This document shows, one piece after another, positions 58,422 to 64,000 of a stretch of 64,000 nucleotides of DNA. The stretch spans positions 43,585-107,584 of the forward strand of contig JBNLGQ010000029.1 in the NCBI GenBank assembly GCA_050306135.1, written 5' to 3'. The DNA is from Gammaproteobacteria bacterium. Its GTDB lineage: Bacteria > Pseudomonadota > Gammaproteobacteria > GCA-001735895. The notes under the pieces are model-generated. The model was given only the letters and a program-made list of their open reading frames with translations. It was not told the DNA's origin and ran no database searches. Position 1 is the stretch's first letter; each line of letters begins with the position of its first letter. A program made the translations under genes and the position numbers.

Positions 58422-59527
58422 TGTACGTAGCAGTAAAAGGTGGAGAGAAGGCCATACACGCAGCGCATAGGTTGTTGCGTGAGAAACGTCGTGGTAATGA
58501 CACTGAAAAGGCATTAACCATTGCTCAGATTCAACAGCAAATGCCTTATGCGGTTGATCGAGTGATGACCGAAGGTTCCTTATACGATCCGCAACTGGCT
58601 GCTTTGGCGATCAAGCAGGCTGCGGGAGACTTGATTGAGGCTATCTTTTTATTGCGTGCCTTTCGAACGACTCTGGAACGCTTTTGTGACAGTCTGCCAT
58701 TGGATACCGATAGTATGCGTATTGAAAGACGTATCTCGGCTGCTTTCAAGGATGTACCTGGTGGTCAGGTGTTAGGTCCAACCTTTGACTATACCCATCG
58801 CCTGCTGGATTTCAGCCTGCTGGATGAAGAGGAGGCAGGGGTATCTCCGGAACAGGATAGCGAAGTCACCTTGCAGGAGCAGGCATTTGCGCATGTGCTG
58901 GAGACGATGAATGACGAAGATATTATTGAACAACAGCTATCGGATAATCTCTCTCCCAGTTTTGATATCACTCAACAACCGCTTGAATATCCGGCTAATC
59001 GCAGTACACGATTACAGGCACTTGCGCGTGGTGATGAAGGGTTTCTGCTGGCGCTAGGTTATTCGACCCAGCGCGGTTATGGCAGAACGCATCCCTTTGC
59101 CGGTGAGATAAGAATAGGTCAGGCTGCCTTAAGCATACAACCCGAAGAACTGGGTTTTGAGATTGAGATTGGTGAAATCACCCTGACCGAATGCGATATG
59201 ATTAACCAGTTTAAGGGGTCAAAGAAGGTGCAGCCCAGATTTACCCGGGGCTATGGCCTGTCCTTTGGGCATAATGAACGTAAGGCCATGTCTATGGCAT
59301 TGGTAGATAGAGCCCTACGCGGTACAGAACTGGGTGAAGACTTTGGCAGCCCCGCGCAGGATGAGGAATTTGTACTGGCTCATGCAGATAATGTGGAAGC
59401 GGTGGGCTTTGTATCACATCTTAAATTACCCCATTACGTAGATTTTCAGTCAGAACTGGAATTGATCCGTAAGATACGCAAGGCCGCTGTTAAAGACCAG
59501 GAGAATGATGTGGAGTCAGCAGCATGA
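58421..59527 (+). CDS. phnI: C-P lyase core complex subunit PhnI
   Basis: 368 aa, the expected size, at the expected position between phnH and phnJ. It is translationally coupled on both sides. Confidence 0.8.
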   Translation: MYVAVKGGEKAIHAAHRLLREKRRGNDTEKALTIAQIQQQMPYAVDRVMTEGSLYDPQLAALAIKQAAGDLIEAIFLLRAFRTTLERFCDSLPLDTDSMRIERRISAAFKDVPGGQVLGPTFDYTHRLLDFSLLDEEEAGVSPEQDSEVTLQEQAFAHVLETMNDEDIIEQQLSDNLSPSFDITQQPLEYPANRSTRLQALARGDEGFLLALGYSTQRGYGRTHPFAGEIRIGQAALSIQPEELGFEIEIGEITLTECDMINQFKGSKKVQPRFTRGYGLSFGHNERKAMSMALVDRALRGTELGEDFGSPAQDEEFVLAHADNVEAVGFVSHLKLPHYVDFQSELELIRKIRKAAVKDQENDVESAA

Positions 59528-60363
59528 ATGAATACAACTTTGCTTATCTCGATGAACACAGCAAACGTATGATTCGACGCGCTCTGCTGAAGGCTGTGGC
59601 GATACCCGGTTATCAGGTACCTTTTGGTGGGCGTGAAATGCCCATGCCTTATGGGTGGGGAACTGGTGGTATACAGTTGACAGCTTCGGTAATCGGTCCT
59701 GATGATGTACTTAAGGTGATCGATCAGGGTGCTGACGATACCACTAATGCAGTCAGTATCCGCAATTTTTTCAAACGCGTATGCGGCGTGAAAACGACTG
59801 TAAGCACAGTCGATGCGACGCTCATTCAGACTCGTCATCGTATTCCTGAAACGCCTTTAAGCAATGATCAGATCTTGATTTATCAGGTGCCTATTCCTGA
59901 ACCCCTGCGTTTTATTGAACCCCGTGAAACGGAAACCAGAACCATGCATGCGCTGGAAGAATACGGTGTAATGCATCTAAAGCTGTATGAAGATATTGCG
60001 CGCTATGGACATATCTCAACGGCTTACGCCTATCCGGTGCGAGTGAATGGTCGTTATATTATGGATCCTTCGCCCATACCTAAATTTGATAATCCTAAAA
60101 TGCATCGTAGTCCTGCACTGCAGCTATTTGGCGCTGGACGTGAAAAACGCATTTATGCAGTACCGCCCTATACCGATGTGGTGAGTCTGGATTTTGAAGA
60201 TTATCCCTTCGAGATTCAGCAATGGGATGATAGCTGCGCCATCTGTGGTGCAGACAATAGCTTTCTGGATGAGATTATTACCGACAACGAAGGTAACCGT
60301 ATGTTCGTCTGTTCCGACTCCGACTTCTGTCAACAACGGGTAGAGGTCAATACTCATGGCTGA
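59524..60363 (+). CDS. phnJ: C-P lyase catalytic subunit PhnJ (radical SAM-dependent, 4-Cys)
   Basis: It is near-identical in blocks to E. coli PhnJ: 'YNFAYLDE', 'AIPGYQVPFGGREMPMPYGWGTGGIQLTASVIG', 'ETRTMHALEEYGVM', and the Cys cluster 'CAICGADNSFLDEI...FVCSDSDFC'. Confidence 0.92.
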   Translation: MNEYNFAYLDEHSKRMIRRALLKAVAIPGYQVPFGGREMPMPYGWGTGGIQLTASVIGPDDVLKVIDQGADDTTNAVSIRNFFKRVCGVKTTVSTVDATLIQTRHRIPETPLSNDQILIYQVPIPEPLRFIEPRETETRTMHALEEYGVMHLKLYEDIARYGHISTAYAYPVRVNGRYIMDPSPIPKFDNPKMHRSPALQLFGAGREKRIYAVPPYTDVVSLDFEDYPFEIQQWDDSCAICGADNSFLDEIITDNEGNRMFVCSDSDFCQQRVEVNTHG

Positions 60364-61150
60364 TACTGCATTATTACTGGATCAATTGCCGTTAATGCAG
60401 GTTGATCAATTAACCCGTCTGTACGGAATTAACAAGGGCTGTCAACAAATTGATCTGGATGTTTATCCAGGTGAAGTGCTGGGTATAGTCGGTGAATCCG
60501 GTTCCGGGAAATCGACCCTGTTGCGCTGCCTGTCTGGTCTGGAACAGATCGATCATGGGCAGGTCGTTTATCAGTCGGAAAAGGGAGCGGTGTCACTACA
60601 TGAATTACGCGAAGCTGAGCGCCGTCAGTTGTTGCGCTTTGACTGGGGCATCATACAGCAGAATCCACGCGATGGATTGCATCTGGATATCAGTGCCGGG
60701 GCCAATATCGGCGAGCGGCTGATGGCGCAGGGACAACGTCATTACGGCAACATCCGACAGCAGGCGCTGGAGTGGATGGAGCGCGTAGAGCTGGATCAGG
60801 AGCGTATCGATGATAAGCCAAAACAATTTTCCGGCGGTATGCAGCAGCGCCTGCAGATTGCACGTAATCTGGTGACGCGCCCGCGTCTGTTATTTATGGA
60901 TGAACCTACCGGCGGGCTGGATGTATCAGTACAGGCGAGAGTACTGGATCTGATCAGAAAGCTGGTGCATGAGCTGAATGTCTCGGTGATTCTGGTCACC
61001 CACGATATGGGCGTTGCACGTCTGCTGGCGGATCGCCTGATTGTGATGCGTCATAGCCGTATCGTAGAAAGCGGCCTCACCGATCAAATACTGGAAGACC
61101 CCCAGCAACCCTACACCCAGTTGCTGGTGTCCTCTATTTTACAGGTATAG
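60356..61150 (+). CDS. phnK: C-P lyase-associated ABC-type ATPase PhnK
   Basis: It has Walker A 'GESGSGKST', a signature 'FSGGMQQRLQIAR', and Walker B 'LFMDEPTGG'. Confidence 0.85.
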   Translation: MADTALLLDQLPLMQVDQLTRLYGINKGCQQIDLDVYPGEVLGIVGESGSGKSTLLRCLSGLEQIDHGQVVYQSEKGAVSLHELREAERRQLLRFDWGIIQQNPRDGLHLDISAGANIGERLMAQGQRHYGNIRQQALEWMERVELDQERIDDKPKQFSGGMQQRLQIARNLVTRPRLLFMDEPTGGLDVSVQARVLDLIRKLVHELNVSVILVTHDMGVARLLADRLIVMRHSRIVESGLTDQILEDPQQPYTQLLVSSILQV

Positions 61151-61154
61151 AAAC

Positions 61155-61856
61155 ATGTCGCAGGCCGTATTAGAAATACAGAATTTGAATAAATCATTCA
61201 CTATGCATAACCAGGGTGAAGTCAGCTTCCAGGTATTCAGTGATTTAAATCTAAAGGTTCATCAGGGCGAGTGTGTCGTGTTGCATGGTGAGTCAGGCAT
61301 GGGTAAGAGCACGCTGCTGCGCTGTCTAAACGCCAACTACCTGAGTGACTCTGGCGCGATTATTTTTTCTGAGCATGACCAACAATTCGATTTAAACCAG
61401 CTAAGCGACCGACAATTGATTCGACTGCGTCGTGAAAAGATTGCCTATGTTAGCCAGTTTTTACGCGTGATTCCACGCATACCAACAATCGAAATTGTTA
61501 TGCAACCTATGCTTGAAATGGCAATAGACCGAGTGCAGGCGGAACAACGGGCTAAGGAGTTATTACAACGCCTGAATATCCCCGAGCGTTTATGGGGACT
61601 GTCACCCACCACTTTCTCTGGAGGAGAGCAGCAACGGGTCAATATCGCGCGCGAGTTTACCGTGATTCGTCCGTTAATGTTGCTGGATGAGCCGACTGCA
61701 TCACTGGATCAGCAGAATAGAAATACCGTGATTGAACTGATCCTGGAAGCTAAGGCGAAGAATTCAGCTATTGTCGGTATTTTTCATGATGAAGAAAGTC
61801 GCAGCCGTGTAGCAGATCGATTATTTGATTTAAAGAAGAGTGCTTTCAATGACTGA
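61155..61856 (+). CDS. phnL: C-P lyase-associated ABC-type ATPase PhnL
   Basis: It has Walker A 'GESGMGKST', 'FSGGEQQRVNIAR', and 'LLDEPTASLD'. Confidence 0.85.
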   Translation: MSQAVLEIQNLNKSFTMHNQGEVSFQVFSDLNLKVHQGECVVLHGESGMGKSTLLRCLNANYLSDSGAIIFSEHDQQFDLNQLSDRQLIRLRREKIAYVSQFLRVIPRIPTIEIVMQPMLEMAIDRVQAEQRAKELLQRLNIPERLWGLSPTTFSGGEQQRVNIAREFTVIRPLMLLDEPTASLDQQNRNTVIELILEAKAKNSAIVGIFHDEESRSRVADRLFDLKKSAFND

Positions 61857-62991
61857 ACAGATTATCAGCAATGCTAATATTGTACTAAGCGATGAAGTCG
61901 TACACGGCAGCATTACCCTACAGGGTGGTAATATCAAAGCGATAGACCAGGGCAATAGTTCGCTACCCTCTGCTATCGACTGGGATGGTGATTATCTGCT
62001 GCCGGGCCTGATCGAGTTACATACCGATAATATGGAAAAATACTTCACACCCAGACCTGGTGTGATATGGCCCAGGGTATCCGCAATCATGACGCATGAT
62101 ACACAGATGATCTCCTCAGGTGTGACTACGGTATTTGATGCGGTAGCTGTAGGTTACGATATTTACAAAAGCAGCCGTAAAGAAGTGCTGCAGGACATCA
62201 TCGAATCTATCGCCTATATCAGCGATCATAAACTCGCGCGTGCAGATCATTTTATACACCTGCGCTGCGAACTGAGTTGTGAAGAAACCTCCAAAGAGTT
62301 TGATCAATACCTCAATGACCCCAGATTAAAACTGGTGTCGCTGATGGATCATGCTCCGGGGCAAAGACAATTCGCCAAGCTGGAAAAATACGTTGAGTAT
62401 TATCAGAAAAAATATGCATTCTCTGATGAAGAGATTCAGACCTCAATACAACAGCATTTGCAATCTTCAGAAACCTGGTCGGCAGCACATAGACGCTATA
62501 TTGCAGAAACCTGTCTGGAGCGAAATATTCCCATGGCCAGTCATGATGATGCCACACATCAACATGTTGAAGAGGCATTGAGTTATGAAGTCAGCATCGC
62601 TGAATTTCCAACCACCCTGGAAGCTGCCAGCCTGTCGCATCAAAGTAGTTTAAAGGTATTGATGGGCGCACCCAATTTAATGCGCGGATACTCACATTCC
62701 GGTAATGTAGCCGCACGTGAGCTAGCCGAGGGAGGTTATCTGGATATACTGTCATCGGATTATTATCCCAGCAGTTTATTACATAGTGCGTTTTTACTGG
62801 CTGATCTGGAAATAGGATATTCATTGCCCAAGGCGATAAAATGCGTCACACAAAATCCAGCCGATGCTGTTGAGCTACATGACAGGGGGCGTATTAAAAC
62901 AGGTTATATGGCTGATATTTTACGAGTAGATAAACATAACGATATGCCGGTGCTAAAAGAAACCTGGAAATCAGGCAGGCGAATCAGTTAA
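61840..62991 (+). CDS. phnM: Alpha-D-ribose 1-methylphosphonate 5-triphosphate diphosphatase PhnM (amidohydrolase family)
   Basis: 383 aa with the amidohydrolase metal-binding pattern ('GLIELHTDNMEKY'). It overlaps phnL and sits at the expected operon position. Confidence 0.8.
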   Translation: MLSMTEQIISNANIVLSDEVVHGSITLQGGNIKAIDQGNSSLPSAIDWDGDYLLPGLIELHTDNMEKYFTPRPGVIWPRVSAIMTHDTQMISSGVTTVFDAVAVGYDIYKSSRKEVLQDIIESIAYISDHKLARADHFIHLRCELSCEETSKEFDQYLNDPRLKLVSLMDHAPGQRQFAKLEKYVEYYQKKYAFSDEEIQTSIQQHLQSSETWSAAHRRYIAETCLERNIPMASHDDATHQHVEEALSYEVSIAEFPTTLEAASLSHQSSLKVLMGAPNLMRGYSHSGNVAARELAEGGYLDILSSDYYPSSLLHSAFLLADLEIGYSLPKAIKCVTQNPADAVELHDRGRIKTGYMADILRVDKHNDMPVLKETWKSGRRIS

Positions 62992-63707
62992 TGTCTGAAC
63001 GTTACGCCATCTATTTCACCTTGCCACAAAATGATCCGCTGTATCAGTTAGTCGCTCAATGGTTTGGTTACGATTTTTATCAGGGAGACAAACCTGCAAT
63101 AAAAATGGATCATCATGCGCTGTTGAAACCATTGTTGCCCTATGCTGAGTATAATTCAAAGGCTACTTTATATGGTTTTCACGCAACCTTAAAACCCCCG
63201 TTTCGTTTAAAGCCGGGTATATCGTTAAAACAGCTGGTTAAGATACTAAAGCATTTTTCAAAATTACATACTCCGTTTACCTGCGCACCACTGCAGGTTG
63301 AGCAAGTGGGTGATTTTCTGGCGCTGGTTCCCGAGCAGCCCTGTTCCAGGCTGGATGGCCTGGCAAAAGACTGTGTGCAAACCTTCGATGTCTTTCGCGA
63401 TGAGTTAGCAGTCGAAGAGATTCAGAAACGAAACCCCATGAGTCTGAGCGAACAGCAACGGTTGATGCTTAAGTTGTGGGGCTATCCGTTTGTACTGGAT
63501 GAATTTCGCTTTCATATGACGCTCACCGATAAATTAACACAGCCGCAGATAGATAAGTGCAGGCCACTACTGGAAAGCTATCTGCAGCCCTATACATCCC
63601 GCGTACTCACTATCGATCAAATAAGCCTGTGCTATCAGGCTACTGAGCATTCGCCTTTTGTGGTGCTGGAAACCTATTCATTAAAGCAGAAAAAAGGGAA
63701 AGATTAG
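62991..63707 (+). CDS. 2H-phosphoesterase family protein (PhnPP-like/DUF1045) in place of PhnP
   Basis: 238 aa with two H-x-T-x motifs, 'FHATLKPPF' and 'FHMTLTDKL', the hallmark of the 2H cyclic phosphodiesterase superfamily. It is translationally coupled to phnM (ATGA... overlap). Confidence 0.6.
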   Translation: MSERYAIYFTLPQNDPLYQLVAQWFGYDFYQGDKPAIKMDHHALLKPLLPYAEYNSKATLYGFHATLKPPFRLKPGISLKQLVKILKHFSKLHTPFTCAPLQVEQVGDFLALVPEQPCSRLDGLAKDCVQTFDVFRDELAVEEIQKRNPMSLSEQQRLMLKLWGYPFVLDEFRFHMTLTDKLTQPQIDKCRPLLESYLQPYTSRVLTIDQISLCYQATEHSPFVVLETYSLKQKKGKD

Positions 63708-64000
63708 GCCGTGGAGTTTTTAAGAGGTTACAGTCTTATTTGATTGCCCCTTAGTTTTGGTAATTCAAAAAATAGTCAATATTAATCATCGAGAACACAG
63801 AGAGTTAAATTTAAGCAGGTCTTCCCTGTTTATTTCTTTGTTAAGCACAGAATTGAAAACTTTCGATATATCTCTGTTAATAAGACATCCACAGGGGAGT
63901 TCATATTCTCAAGTATTAAATCCCTGTCGTAGATAGTAGCAAACTGCAAGTTTAGTTTAGGGCTAGTTGCTCGTTCAGTTCAGTAAACGATACTTCCCTG

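Noticed and set aside
63780-64000. Partial resemblance of 'AACACAGAGAG...AAGCACAGAATTG' to the CACAGAG repeat variant
   Set aside because: The match covers only single heptamers without the 9-bp triple periodicity or the GGTTAA end, so it is too weak to call.

Overview
The window reads as a chromosomal segment of a gammaproteobacterium, about 44-45% GC, with Vibrionales/Alteromonadales-like gene content: a TonB2/TtpC-type cluster and a PhnJ very close to the E. coli protein. The backbone genes I can support, in order, are: (i) a ttpC-exbB-exbD-tonB-TPR energy-transduction cluster; (ii) the PpnN nucleotide nucleosidase; (iii) a low-GC two-gene islet encoding a transglutaminase-like protein and a TPR lipoprotein; (iv) a translationally coupled photolyase operon (DUF523/DUF1722 - MerR - phr - NTF2-like); (v) an Lhr-type helicase, a MocR regulator, a GNAT and a PNPOx-like pair, an RRM protein, hyi, a GGDEF+HDOD pair, purU, and an Irr-like Fur-family gene next to cytochrome c peroxidase; (vi) a complete type I-F CRISPR-Cas locus (cas1, cas2-3, csy1-4) with a 45-repeat array; and (vii) a phnCDE-GHIJKLM C-P lyase operon ending in a 2H phosphoesterase. 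The most interesting region is 45.0-54.2 kb, between the CRISPR array and the phn operon. It looks like a phosphorus-stress membrane-lipid remodelling module. It holds an OlsF-like bifunctional acyltransferase, an orphan PEP-CTERM repeat protein, and a four-gene operon: a membrane-anchored class-III aminotransferase, a PHP-phosphoesterase::GT4-glycosyltransferase fusion, Psd, and an Mpo1/DUF962 protein. Perfect CTGTCAT PhoB half-sites sit just upstream of both the OlsF-like gene and that operon. I also report a family of intergenic repeats built from a 9-bp periodic CACGAAG heptamer, present at three loci and often as palindromic pairs. No transposase, integrase, tRNA or rRNA was recognised. 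All calls come from reading the six-frame translations and the raw sequence; no database search was run.
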